Position numbers and translations under genes: made by a program
Assembly (NCBI RefSeq): GCF_000027325.1
Contig: NC_000908.2
Coordinates: 60,001 to 92,000 of the forward strand
DNA from: Mycoplasmoides genitalium G37
Lineage (GTDB): Bacteria; Bacillota_I; Bacilli_A; Mycoplasmatales; Mycoplasmoidaceae
Length of the DNA stretch: 32,000 nt
Reading direction: 5' to 3'
Notes under the pieces: generated by a model
Told to the model about the DNA's origin: nothing
Databases searched by the model: none
What the model saw: the letters and a program-made list of their open reading frames with translations, nothing else
Shown: in pieces, positions 1-10,529 of the stretch
How positions within the stretch are numbered: the stretch's first letter is position 1
How the letters are laid out: every line of letters begins with the position of its first letter

Positions 1-1005
1 GGTGATAAGGTTTCTTTAGCATTGGTTCCTATCTTAACTAGTTTAGGATTTAGTGTTGCTAAATTATCAGGAAGAGGCCTTGGTTATACTGGTGGAACAA
101 TTGATAAATTAGAAGCAGTTGGAGTTAAAACAGAATTAACTGACCAACAAGCACAAGCATGTTTAGATAAAAATGATTGTTTTATCATCGGACAAAGTAA
201 GGACATCGCACCAGTTGATAAAGTACTTTATGGTTTAAGAGATATTACTGGAACAGTTGATAGTTTGCCTTTAATTGCATCTAGTATTATGTCTAAAAAG
301 CTAGCAGTTATGAACGAGTATATTTTCATTGATCTTAAATATGGAAAAGGTGCCTTTTGTAAAACTAAGAAAATTGCTAACGAACTTGCAAAACTGATGC
401 AAAGTATTGCTAAAAGTTTTAAAAGAAAGCTGTCTGTTAAATTAAGTGATATGAATCAAGTACTTGGTAAAGCTGTTGGCAATGTAATTGAAGTTAATGA
501 AGCTGTTAACTTTCTAAAACAAGATTTAGATCAAGTAGGACAAGATTTTATTGATTTAATGCAAACAATTGTTATTAACATTCTACTTGAAACAAAACAA
601 GCAAAAACCAAACAAAAGGCTATTGAACTTTATCAGGATGTTTTAACTAGTAAAAAAGCATGAAATCGCTTTTTATCTTTTATTGAATCTCAAGGAGGAA
701 ATGTTGAATTATTTACTCAAAAAGAAGGTTTTTTTAAACCTAAGTATAAGGCATCTATAAAAGCTGAAAAAAGTGGTATACTACATTTTACTGATCCAAT
801 TGATTTAGCTAAAATTGGGATTAATCTAGGGGCAGGTAGGATGAAGAAAACAGATCAAATTGATCCAATGGCAGGGTTATTTTTAATGAAAAAAGATAAT
901 GAGTCTGTGGCAGTTGGAGACACTGTATTAAACCTGTATAGTTCTAGTCCTATTAGCAATGAATATATCTCTGCTGCTCAAAAAACAATAATTATTAATA
1001 AATAA
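1..1005 (+). CDS. deoA: Thymidine/pyrimidine-nucleoside phosphorylase, 5' end outside the window
   Basis: Frame 1 is open from base 1, with TGA(Trp) at 661-663 and TAA at 1003-1005. Contains GGTIDKLEAVGVKTELT..., typical of this family, and sits directly before cdd. Confidence 0.93.
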
Positions 1006-1013
1006 AAATTCCT

Positions 1014-1406
1014 ATGAAGGTGAATTTAGAGTGGATAATTAAACAGTTACAAATGATAGTTAAAAGAGCATATACTCCCTTTTCTAACTTTAAAGTTGCA
1101 TGTATGATTATTGCTAACAACCAAACTTTTTTTGGAGTTAACATTGAAAATTCTTCCTTTCCAGTAACTTTGTGTGCTGAAAGAAGCGCCATTGCTAGCA
1201 TGGTTACAAGTGGTCATAGGAAAATTGATTATGTTTTTGTTTACTTCAATACTAAAAATAAGAGTAACTCACCCTGTGGAATGTGCAGACAAAACTTACT
1301 GGAATTTTCCCATCAAAAAACAAAGCTTTTTTGTATTGATAATGATAGTAGTTATAAACAATTTTCCATTGATGAATTATTAATGAATGGTTTTAAAAAG
1401 AGCTAA
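1014..1406 (+). CDS. cdd: Cytidine deaminase
   Basis: 130 aa ORF with the zinc motifs CAERSAI and PCGMCRQ. Confidence 0.95.
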   Translation: MKVNLEWIIKQLQMIVKRAYTPFSNFKVACMIIANNQTFFGVNIENSSFPVTLCAERSAIASMVTSGHRKIDYVFVYFNTKNKSNSPCGMCRQNLLEFSHQKTKLFCIDNDSSYKQFSIDELLMNGFKKS

Positions 1407-3058
1407 TGGATAAACTTAGATTAGAAGTTGAAAGATGGTTAAATCATCCTAATGTTAATTGGGAGTTAAAACAACAAATTAAGGAGTTGAATGAATCAGA
1501 AATTCAAGAACTTTTTAGTTTGGAAAAACCTTTATTTGGCACTGCAGGTGTAAGAAACAAAATGGCACCAGGTTATCATGGTATGAATGTTTTTTCTTAT
1601 GCCTATTTGACCCAAGGTTATGTTAAGTACATTGAATCCATCAATGAACCAAAGCGTCAACTACGGTTTTTAGTAGCACGTGATACAAGAAAAAATGGTG
1701 GTTTATTTTTAGAAACGGTTTGTGATGTAATTACATCTATGGGTCATTTGGCTTATGTGTTTGATGATAACCAGCCAGTTTCAACACCTCTAGTGTCCCA
1801 TGTCATTTTTAAATATGGTTTTAGTGGAGGTATTAATATCACAGCTAGCCATAACCCTAAAGATGATAATGGTTTTAAGGTTTATGATCATACTGGTGCA
1901 CAGCTTTTAGACACACAAACAAACCAATTGTTAAGTGATTTACCTTGTGTTACATCTATGCTAGATTTGGAATTACAACCAAATCCAAAGTTTGTCCATA
2001 CTCTTGACAATGAAAAGGTTTATAAAAACTATTTCAGAGAGTTGAAAAAGGTGTTGGTTATTAACAACAACAATTTCAAAGACATTAAGGTAGTTTTTAG
2101 TGGGCTTAATGGGACTTCAGTTTGCTTAATGCAACGCTTTTTAAAGTACCTTGGTTATAGCAATATTATCAGTGTTGAGGAACAAAATTGGTTTGATGAG
2201 AATTTTGAAAATGCTCCTAACTTAAATCCAGAGTATAAAGATACATGGATATTAGCACAAAAATATGCTAAGAAAAATAATGCTAAGTTAATTATTATGG
2301 CAGACCCTGATGCTGATAGATTTGCAATTGCAGAGTTAAATAATAATCAATGACATTATTTTTCAGGTAATGAAACAGGAGCAATTACTGCTTACTATAA
2401 ACTTAATCATAAGGTTTTTAAATCACCTTACATTGTCTCAACTTTTGTCTCAACTTATTTGGTAAATAAGATTGCTAAAAGATATGGCGCTTTTGTGCAT
2501 AGAACCAATGTTGGTTTTAAGTACATTGGTCAAGCAATTAATGAGTTATCACAAACAAACGAATTAGTTGTTGGTTTTGAAGAGGCAATTGGTTTAATAA
2601 CTAGTGATAAATTAAACCGCGAGAAAGATGCTTATCAAGCTGCTGCATTATTGCTTGAGATTGCTAGACATTGCAAAGAACAAAACATCACGCTTTTAGA
2701 TTTTTATAAAAGAATTCTTTCTGAGTTTGGTGAATATTTCAATTTAACAATATCTCATCCCTTTAAAGCTACTGCTACTGATTGAAAAGAAGAGATTAAA
2801 GCTTTATTTAATCAACTTATAAATGCTAATTTAACTGAAGTGGCTGGTTTTAAAGTAGTTAAAGTCCATCTTGATAAACAAACAAATATCTTAGAGTTTG
2901 GTTTTGAAAATGGCTGGGTTAAATTCCGCTTTTCAGGTACTGAACCTAAATTGAAATTTTACTTTGACCTAACTAATGGCACTAGAGAGGCTCTAGAAAA
3001 GCAAGCTAAGAAAATTTATAAATTCTTTGTAAATTTACTCAAACTCAACAAAGCTTAA
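1406..3058 (+). CDS. Phosphomannomutase/phosphoglucomutase family enzyme (phosphohexomutase)
   Basis: 550 aa after reading through TGA codons at 2351-2353 and 2783-2785. Has active-site ITASHNPKDDNGFK, the metal loop MADPDADRFAI, and a C-terminal RFSGTEPKLKFY. Start overlaps the cdd stop (TAATG). Confidence 0.92.
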
Positions 3059-3985
3059 ATTTTCTAAAGGTAAGTTAATTAATTGGGTTTTAGATGTTAA
3101 TTCTATCTCTACAACTGCTTTGTTAACTGTACCTTGATAAAGTGCTTTTATCTGTCCTTGAACATGAATAGTATCAGTTAAATGTACCTCTACTAAATTA
3201 CCAACACTAAATTCAAAGAGTTGTTCAACTTTATTGTCAGTATCAAGAATTTCATATTTGCCCAAAAAAGGAACTAATACTGATGGATCAAGTTTGGTTT
3301 GCTCACTTTGAATAATCGTTGCTTTTTCTTTCCATTCATCTTGTTCTTGACTATTTTGTAGTTTTTTAAAAGCTTCTTTTAGTTTTTCAGCATCAACAAT
3401 TTCTGAATCTTCATCCTCTTTTGGTTTTTGAATGGCTTGTTTTTGTTTTAAGATATATTGAAATTTTTCATCAAATTTATCACTGTCCATTTCAATAATG
3501 GCAGTATTTGTTAGCATAATTCGTTTGCTAGGATTGATTGATATCCCTTTAAGCATTTGTTCTAAATTATTAGCATCTTTTTCATCTAAAGGGATAGGTA
3601 AAGCACCCCTGCCAGAAGAACCTACTATGCCAGTGATCCCAGGGAAGTTACGAACAATTCTTCAAGCATCTTCACTATAAATCATCTTTATGTAGATGTA
3701 TCTACCAAGGAGATTTTTTTCACTAATTTTTACCCTAAGATAACGGTAATCATCAAGAACAAACCATTTGTTAAAAGTAGTGTTCTTTAAGGAACGAGGA
3801 AGTTTTCCTGATTTTAATGAATAAACTTCTTCATGAACTTCCCTTTCTTTTAGAACTTTAACATCAACAATCTCATGATTAAATCCTAAAGCTTGAATTT
3901 TAGCTTTTAGATTTTTTACAACAGCTTCATCTTTAATACTAACAGGAGCTACATACCACTTTGGTGTTAATTCACTAGCTTGCAT
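3035..3985 (-). CDS. nusG: Transcription termination/antitermination factor NusG
   Basis: ORFs 3662..3985 and 3035..3556 are in one frame and join through TGA(Trp) at 3659-3661. N-terminal KWYVAPVS, LLGRYIYIKM...W.IVRNFPGITGIVG, C-terminal KOW-like region. Sits next to secE. Confidence 0.9.
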
Positions 3986-3988
3986 AAA

Positions 3989-4360
3989 TTAATTTTTAAA
4001 TATTCCCAACGTAATTAACAATTGATTGATACCAAAAAAGATTCCTACCATCAGTCCACTAACTAGCAAAATTAAAAGAAAAATTATGATAAGTTGTCTA
4101 CCTTTTACTCAAACAATTTTGTTGATCTCTTTATCAACTCCAAATCATAAATTAACAATTCGTTTTTTAAAAGGAAGCTTGGGTTTCTTTTCCTTTGCTA
4201 AACTTTCATGCTTTTCTTTTTCTTTAGTTCTTTCCTTATCTTTACTTTTCTTGGCTTCTGTTCTAAGTTTGAGCTGTTTATGTAACTCATGAATTGAAGC
4301 ATCATCATAAGCAGTTAGCTTTTCCTTCTTTTTAAAGCTAAAAGGCAGTTTTTTTTCCAT
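3989..4360 (-). CDS. secE: Preprotein translocase subunit SecE
   Basis: About 123 aa after reading through TGA at 4145-4147. Basic N-terminus followed by a single C-terminal TM segment (IIIFLLILLVSGLMVGIFFG...). Location between rpmG and nusG is typical. Confidence 0.85.
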
Positions 4361-4366
4361 GGCTTT

Positions 4367-4513
4367 TTAAAAAGAATCTAGATGCTTAGTTTTTTGATTG
4401 CACTGCTTGCAGTACTTGTTGATGATAAGTCGCTGCAAAGGTTGTTTTGTTCACCGTTTTACATAGTTACGACTTAAACAGTCTTGACAGACAAAAATAA
4501 TCTTTTTGCGCAA
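4367..4513 (-). CDS. rpmG: 50S ribosomal protein L33
   Basis: Hand-read ORF absent from the track: (TTG)RKKIIFVCQDCLSRNYVKRWTKQPLQRLIINKYCKQCNQKTKHLDSF*. Has CxxC...CxxC zinc motifs and L33-like length. Start TTG inferred. Confidence 0.85.
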
Positions 4514-4526
4514 CTTCAGTAGCAAA

Positions 4527-4910
4527 TTATAAATTATCTGCTTGTTTTACTAATTTAATCTTTTGATAGCAATAGAGCTGTAAAAGGCCAAAGGGTAAAA
4601 AACAAGATCAGTGTAGAATTTTTTTGAATTTAGGTTCAATATTTTCACATGCAGTATTAATTGTTTTTCAAATCATTATGCTGATAACTAACTGGATGAT
4701 CATAAAACAGATAGCAAAAACTCCTAAAACAATTAAAACTGCTCGTAAATTAAAAAAAATAGGATCACTTCTAATTGCACTTAAACTAGCTTTTCTAATT
4801 AAATCAAAGATGATACCAATCCCTACTAAAGAGATAATACAAACTAAAAAAAAGATACTAATTAACAAAAGAATCTCATTAAGGTTATGGAGTTTTTTAA
4901 ATACTTTCAT
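4527..4910 (-). CDS. Hypothetical membrane protein, about 127 aa, 2-3 predicted TM segments
   Basis: Extends ORF 4668..4910 through TGA(Trp) codons at 4668-4670 and 4608-4610 to TAA at 4527-4529. Confidence 0.65.
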
Positions 4911-5730
4911 GGAAAAGTGTATAGAGCATACTTGATTTTAAATGCATTTTTTTAGCTAAATAATTGCATGCATCTTTTAACTTAACACCAATATCCATTA
5001 ACTTCTTTATTTCATATACTAAGTATTGATTGGAAGATAATGTTTGGTGATTAATATTTTGATTATCAATAACAATTACAAATTCTCCTTTTAAAGTGAT
5101 GTCAGGTAAAGTGTTTTCACTGGTGTTAAATCAATAATGTGATTCATGTAACTTAGTTAATTCTCTTCCTATAAAAACGTCATTGTTTTTAAAAACATTT
5201 TTCACAGTTTCTAAAGTATTTTCTAACCTATGCACTGCTTCAAAAAAAACGATAGTGCTTTTCTGATTTTGATAGGTACTTAAATAATTTTTGAGCTGAT
5301 TTTGTTTGTGACTTAAAAAACCTAAAAACAAAAGTGGTGTTGTTTTAAAACCACTAGTGATCAATCCACACATTAATGCACTAGGACCATTAATAACTTC
5401 GATTCTTATCTCCTTATTTTTTGATATGATCCAATTAATCATTTCATTACCAGGATCAGATAAACTAGGATAACCTGCATCACTAACAAGACAACACTTA
5501 AAGTTAGTTATAAATTCCTCAGCAAAAGTTAAATTCTGTTTTTCTTTAAAACTGTTGTTAATAACAAACTTTTTTTGCTTGCAATCAATGTTGAGTAAAT
5601 CCAGCATTTTTCTTGTTACTCTACTATCTTCACAGAATAACACTTCACAATCTTGTAACGCTTTTTTAGCTCTTTCACTTATCTCTTGAATATTACCAAT
5701 TGGTGTAGCAACTACTTTAAGTGTTTTCAT
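4897..5730 (-). CDS. rsmI: 16S rRNA (cytidine-2'-O)-methyltransferase RsmI family (tetrapyrrole methylase fold)
   Basis: 277 aa with TGA read through at 5131-5133. N-terminal [20 protein letters not shown]...CEDSRVT, plus [12 protein letters not shown] and NGPSAL. Confidence 0.93.
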
Positions 5731-6248
5731 ACATCTTGAAAAGTTAGATTTAATAAGTTAAGTTTTTTAAATAGTTGCTTGTGGTTAAAATAAGGTAAAT
5801 TAAGATTATTGCATAAAAGTAATCGCTTTTTCTTATCATTTAACTTTAAGCTTAAATACTGATCTCATAATATGCTTTGATTAGCATTTTTTGTGATTGC
5901 AACACGATTATTTAAAGCAGCAATTAAAGCACTAGTTTCCATTTCAGCAATACCAGCTTTTTTAGCGTTTTTTAACCTTGCATTCATATCAACATAACAG
6001 TTGTAATAGTTTGTTAGATGTTGTTCTAATTTACTTCTAATCTTTTTGCCTTGTTGATCTGGATCTAATAACAAGATAACAGTTTGCTTTTCACTGATTT
6101 TTTTAATTAGGTTAATAGTTTCTTTTTTTAAAGCTGAACCATTTGTTGTAATTACATCTACATCAAAAATTTGCTGTAATTTAGCTTGGTCAGTTTTACC
6201 CTCACAAACAATTACCCCATCAATTTTTATACGTGCTTTTTGATCCAT
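5712..6248 (-). CDS. rnmV: Ribonuclease M5 (Toprim domain)
   Basis: 178 aa with TGA read through at 5865-5867 and 5727-5729. Toprim motifs VIVCEGKTD and LLLDPDQQGKKIR. Confidence 0.9.
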
Positions 6249-7318
6249 TCAATGTGACGTTCATATATTGCAGAAACTGATAAGCTGTTAGCGTAACACA
6301 GAACAACCTCTTCATATAAAGATGCTAGATCAACTACTTCAAACTGCTTTACAGCTTTAAACTTATATTGAGGAATAGAGTTTGATACAAACAAGAAATC
6401 AATTAGTTTTTGATCAAATGCTTCCATAAACTTTTGTTCTGCATCATTGTTAAACAAACCATGAGTTGCCATTACACACACTTTTTTAGCTTGTTCTTTT
6501 TGTAATAGCTTGGCTGCTGCAATTACTGTACCACCAGTATCTATCATGTCATCAACTATTAAACAGTTTTTATTTTTCACTTCACCTAAAACATTAATTG
6601 ATTCAGCAACATTATGAGATGGTCTTCTTTTATCAATAATGGCTAATGGTAGTTCTAGTGTATTTGCAATTAACCTTGCTCTTTTAACCCCACCATAATC
6701 AGGGGAAACAACCACCAAGTCTTTTTTACCAAGTAGTTCTATAACTCTAAAAAGAAAGATGTGATAAGTTCTTAAAGAATCAACGGGAATATCAAAAAAA
6801 CCTTGGGTTTGATCACTATGAATGTCAGTTAGAACAACCCTGTTAGCACCTGCTTTTGTTAACATATCAGCAATCAATTTACTGGTAATTGGTTCTCTTC
6901 CTTTTGTTTTTCTATCTTGTCTTGCATATCCATAATAGGGTAGAATGGCAGTAATACTTTTAGCACTACCTCTTTTCAATGCATCAATAGCAATTAAAAG
7001 TTCCATTAAGCTATCGTTAACATTAGGACAGGTTGATTGAAAAATATAGATATCTTTGTTACGAACTGATTCATCAAAACGGATATAAGTTTCACCATCA
7101 GCAAAGTGTTCGCAAACCATTTTGCCCTCTGAAATATTTAGTTTTTTGCAGATATTTTCAACCAGTGTTTTGCTTTTAGATAAACTAAAAATAACGTGCT
7201 TTTTATTATCGATACTCAGCTTCAAGCTCGCGTCGGATTGTTTTCTTTTTAATAGTTTCACGTTTGTCAAATTTCTTTTTAGGTTTTGCCAATCAAATTT
7301 CCACTTTAATTTTGCCAT
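6227..7318 (-). CDS. prs: Ribose-phosphate pyrophosphokinase
   Basis: ADGETYIRFDESVR, DIYIFQSTCPNVNDSLMELLI, PYYGYARQDRK, VVSPDYGGVKRAR, LIVDDMIDTGGT. The first ~43 codons overlap smpB in another frame, so the true start may be downstream (GTG at 7261 or TTG at 7225). Confidence 0.93.
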   Translation of the reverse strand: MAKLKWKFDWQNLKRNLTNVKLLKRKQSDASLKLSIDNKKHVIFSLSKSKTLVENICKKLNISEGKMVCEHFADGETYIRFDESVRNKDIYIFQSTCPNVNDSLMELLIAIDALKRGSAKSITAILPYYGYARQDRKTKGREPITSKLIADMLTKAGANRVVLTDIHSDQTQGFFDIPVDSLRTYHIFLFRVIELLGKKDLVVVSPDYGGVKRARLIANTLELPLAIIDKRRPSHNVAESINVLGEVKNKNCLIVDDMIDTGGTVIAAAKLLQKEQAKKVCVMATHGLFNNDAEQKFMEAFDQKLIDFLFVSNSIPQYKFKAVKQFEVVDLASLYEEVVLCYANSLSVSAIYERHIEWIKKHV

Positions 7319-7643
7319 TTCTAAAGAATACTTTACTTGGGATTACAGATAAAGATTGTTGTTGTTTTTTATTGATAATTTGTTTAATTTCATGTTTATT
7401 TAATAAAAGTTTCTTAATTCTATCTGAAGCGTGATTTAATGGACCTGCAAAACTATAAGGTGGAATAGTGAACTGTTCTAAAAAAAGCTCATTGTTTTTA
7501 ACAAAAACATAAGCTTCTTTTAAACTACCTTGACCTAAACTTAAAGCTTTAACTTCACTTCCTTTTAAAACTATTCCAGCACAATAAGATTCCATTAAAT
7601 GATAGTCATATTTAGCCTTAGGATTGTTAACAAGAATTAACAT
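7206..7643 (-). CDS. smpB: SsrA-binding protein SmpB
   Basis: 145 aa after reading TGA(Trp) at 7293-7295. Has YCAGIVLKGSEVKALSLGQGSLKEAYV and the C-terminal tail WLAKPKKKFDKRETIKKK. Confidence 0.93.
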
Positions 7644-7649
7644 TTATCA

Positions 7650-8543
7650 ATGAAATTATCTGTAATTATACCTACTTACAATTGTGCATCATTTATTGAA
7701 AAAGCAATTAATTCAATTGTTAAAAATAGACCTAATGATTTGGAAATAGAAGTTTTAATTATTGATGATGGATCAATTGACAATACTAACAAAGTTATTA
7801 AGAAAATTCAAGACCAAATTAATAATTTAACTTTGCAGTATTTTTACAAAAGTAATGGTAACTGGGGTAGTGTTATTAATTATGTTAGAAACAATAAACT
7901 AGCAAAAGGGGAATGAGTAACAGTATTGGATAGTGATGACATTTTTTCAAAAAAAACAATTTCTATTTTTCAAAAATATGCCCAAAAACAAAGATATGAT
8001 GCGATTATTTTTGACTACTATAAATGCTGAAAAAAGTTTTTGTGAAAAATTCCTACCTATGCAAGGTTTAGAAAAGAAATTAAAGGTGAATTGAAAAAAC
8101 AAACACCTTTTTGTATTCCCTTAGCTAAGTTTTTTAAAAATGAGGTTTTCTATCAACTTCCTAAACTAAGAGAAAATGTTGGTTTTCAAGACGCTATTTA
8201 TACGATGCATGCATTACAAATTGCAAATAATGTTTTCCATGTTTCTAAAGCTGGAGGATATTACTTTTTTAAAAGGGTAGGTAACTCTATGAGTATCCCT
8301 TGACACAGTTCTAGGTTTGATATTGAAGTACAAATCTGCAAGGATCTGATTGAAAATAATGCGCAAGAGATCGCTTTAGTGCATTTACTTCGTTTAAAAT
8401 TTCGTAATTTAGTTGATGATAAAAAGATTAAATTTACAGTTAAAAGAGACTTTTGTTTTAGTGGTTTTAGTTGGTATAGTAGGTTAATTTTATCTCTGAT
8501 GTATAACTTCTGATTGAAACGTTATTTCAACAGTTCTGAATAA
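7650..8543 (+). CDS. Family 2 (GT-A) glycosyltransferase
   Basis: 297 aa with TGAs read as Trp (7914, 8028, 8040, 8298 and one near the C-terminus). N-terminus MKLSVIIPTYNCASFIEKAINSI...IIDDGSIDNT, plus WVTVLDSDD. Confidence 0.88.
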
Positions 8544-10225
8544 CGATTTTTTTGCTTATTTGCAATTACAAACTGTCATTCATTGAGTTTTCATTTTCTT
8601 GTCATTTCCTGAACCAATTGATCACCATCTTTAATCCAACAAGCAGGAAAGAACTTAACAATTAGGTTTGCTAGTGCAATAAGTCCTAAGAAGAAAACAA
8701 TACTTACAATTACCCCTGGTAAAATACTTGTACCTTTTCCTTGAATTAAAACAGGCGCTTGGAGAAATACTGATTGGGTAATGTCAAATAAGGTGTAAGC
8801 AATATAACCAAAGCCCCAACAAAATCCAAAAAGAATAGGAAGTTCATTCTTCTTGTAATCTTTAAATTCATATGGCAGGATTAAATTTGAACTTGATAAA
8901 CTCCAAGCAAATGCACCACCGATAAATGAAAAGATACTAATTAAAGCAAACCCAGCTGCACTACCAATACCAAGTGTTGCTGCAAACATGATGATTATAA
9001 GCAATACCACTATGTTAGCTGTTAATAAGAAGTGCATTCACCTCTTCTTGTCATAAATGGTTTTATTAAATGGTGAAAAAACAACAAAGCCCAAAGCATA
9101 ACCAATAACTCAAAAAATAGCAAGTGTTGCTAAACCTGTTGTGTACACACCAGTACTTATCAAACCATTTGATCCTGATGGGGAAACAGTTTGCAAGATG
9201 CTAAATCAAGCTGGAGTTAACGGATTGACTATTAGTATTAAAACTATGCCATAAACACCAATTAATTTTCATGTTGTTTTATTCTTTAAGATATCTATGG
9301 ATTTTGGTTGAGTAGTTAAACTCATATTTTCCTTAGTTTGCTTTTGAGGAAAGATGTGATCTATCTTGCTTTCAAACCATAAAAATAAACATAAGTTAGC
9401 AAACACAACCAAAATCATCACAGTCATAATGTAAACCCAGTATTGAGAGGCTACTTGTTGAACTTGTTCAAATAAAAACGGTGTGAAAACTACTGCAATC
9501 CCAATGTTAAAACCCCAAAGGTTAGCATTAGATAGGATTGATTTTTTTCTGTTTGAAGAAAGATTAGCAATTGCTGGTTGAGTATAAACTACTAAGGTAG
9601 TTCCACCAATAGCAATTGTGCTTCTAAAGATAATAAACAATGCATAACCAGTAATTGATGCAGCTGTACCAATACTATTACCATCCAAACCCTTAATAAG
9701 TTCAACACTTGTTCCATCTGCAAGCATCGTTTTACCATTGATCATCACCGGTCCAAGTAATTGACCCACTTGTAAATTGCTACTTAGTGAACTTAATTGA
9801 GTTTTTACTGAATCTGATAAAGGTCTTAATAAAGTTAATTGATTATGACCATTCAAAGGGTCTCCTATAATAAGAAAGGGAAAACAAACACACATGATTC
9901 CCATCATGATTAAAACCGCATAACGATAACCAAATTTCAAAACAACAACTCCACAAAGAATAGAACCTACTGCTCTCAATAAAGTGATAGTTCAGTTGGT
10001 GGAAGATGTGGCTATTTGCCCAGCATTTTCAGTAAAGAAAGAACTTAACCAACCACTGTACTGTGGTAAAGTGGTGGTTGATTGAGTAAGTATACCAGTT
10101 GGTTTACCACTAATTCGATCAATTACAAACCATTCAACTACAAACAATAGATACCCAAAAATTACTATGATCCACAGGGTAATAAGTTTCAGATCACTTA
10201 CTTTTTTTTGACTTTTATTTTCCAC
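8522..10225 (-). CDS. Major facilitator superfamily-like membrane transporter
   Basis: 567 aa after joining three same-frame ORFs (10225..9992, 9979..9269, 9037..8591) through TGAs, ending at TAA 8522-8524. Many TM segments and RAVGSILCGVVVLKFGYRYAV, an MFS-like motif. Substrate not determinable. Confidence 0.8.
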
Positions 10226-10349
10226 AAATTAAGACAGAATTTACATTAGACTAATTTTAAAAGCTGTAGCTAATTGTTTTTTAGAACAAACTGAATCAAA
10301 GAATTTGAAATTGTCTTTCATTGTTAACAGCATTTAACAACAAAATTGA

Positions 10350-10382
10350 ATAAAAATAAAAAACAGACCCTGATGGTCTGTT
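10350..10382 (-). terminator. Rho-independent-type terminator downstream of tRNA-Ser
   Basis: Plus-strand AACAGACC-CTGAT-GGTCTGTT (10362-10382) is a perfect 8-bp stem. On the minus strand it is followed by a U-rich tract (TTTTTATTTTTA). Confidence 0.75.
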
Positions 10383-10392
10383 GGATATTTAA

Positions 10393-10481
10393 TGGCGGAA
10401 GCGGTGGGATTCGAACCCACGCACCGTAGAACGATCTAACACCTTAGCAGGGTGTCCTCTTAACCACTTGAGTACGCTCCC
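10393..10481 (-). tRNA. tRNA-Ser (anticodon GCU), long variable arm, encoded CCA
   Basis: Reverse complement GGGAGCGTACTCAAGTGGTTAAGAGGACACCCTGCTAAGGTGTTAGATCGTTCTACGGTGCGTGGGTTCGAATCCCACCGCTTCCGCCA. The acceptor stem pairs, the T-loop is GGTTCGAATCC, and the anticodon loop is CTGCTAA. Confidence 0.96.
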
Positions 10482-10529
10482 AGTTTGTTGTTAAATTTAT
10501 TATAAATATGCAACTAATTAGCGCTTTAG

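Noticed and set aside
995-1201. Minus-strand ORF (68 aa)
   Set aside because: Lies almost entirely antisense to cdd with no recognisable domain.
3498-4292. Antisense ORFs 3498..3680 and 4026..4292 (+)
   Set aside because: Antisense to nusG and secE; low-complexity peptides that mirror the real genes.
7122-7352. Plus-strand ORF, 76 aa
   Set aside because: Antisense to the prs/smpB overlap with no independent support.
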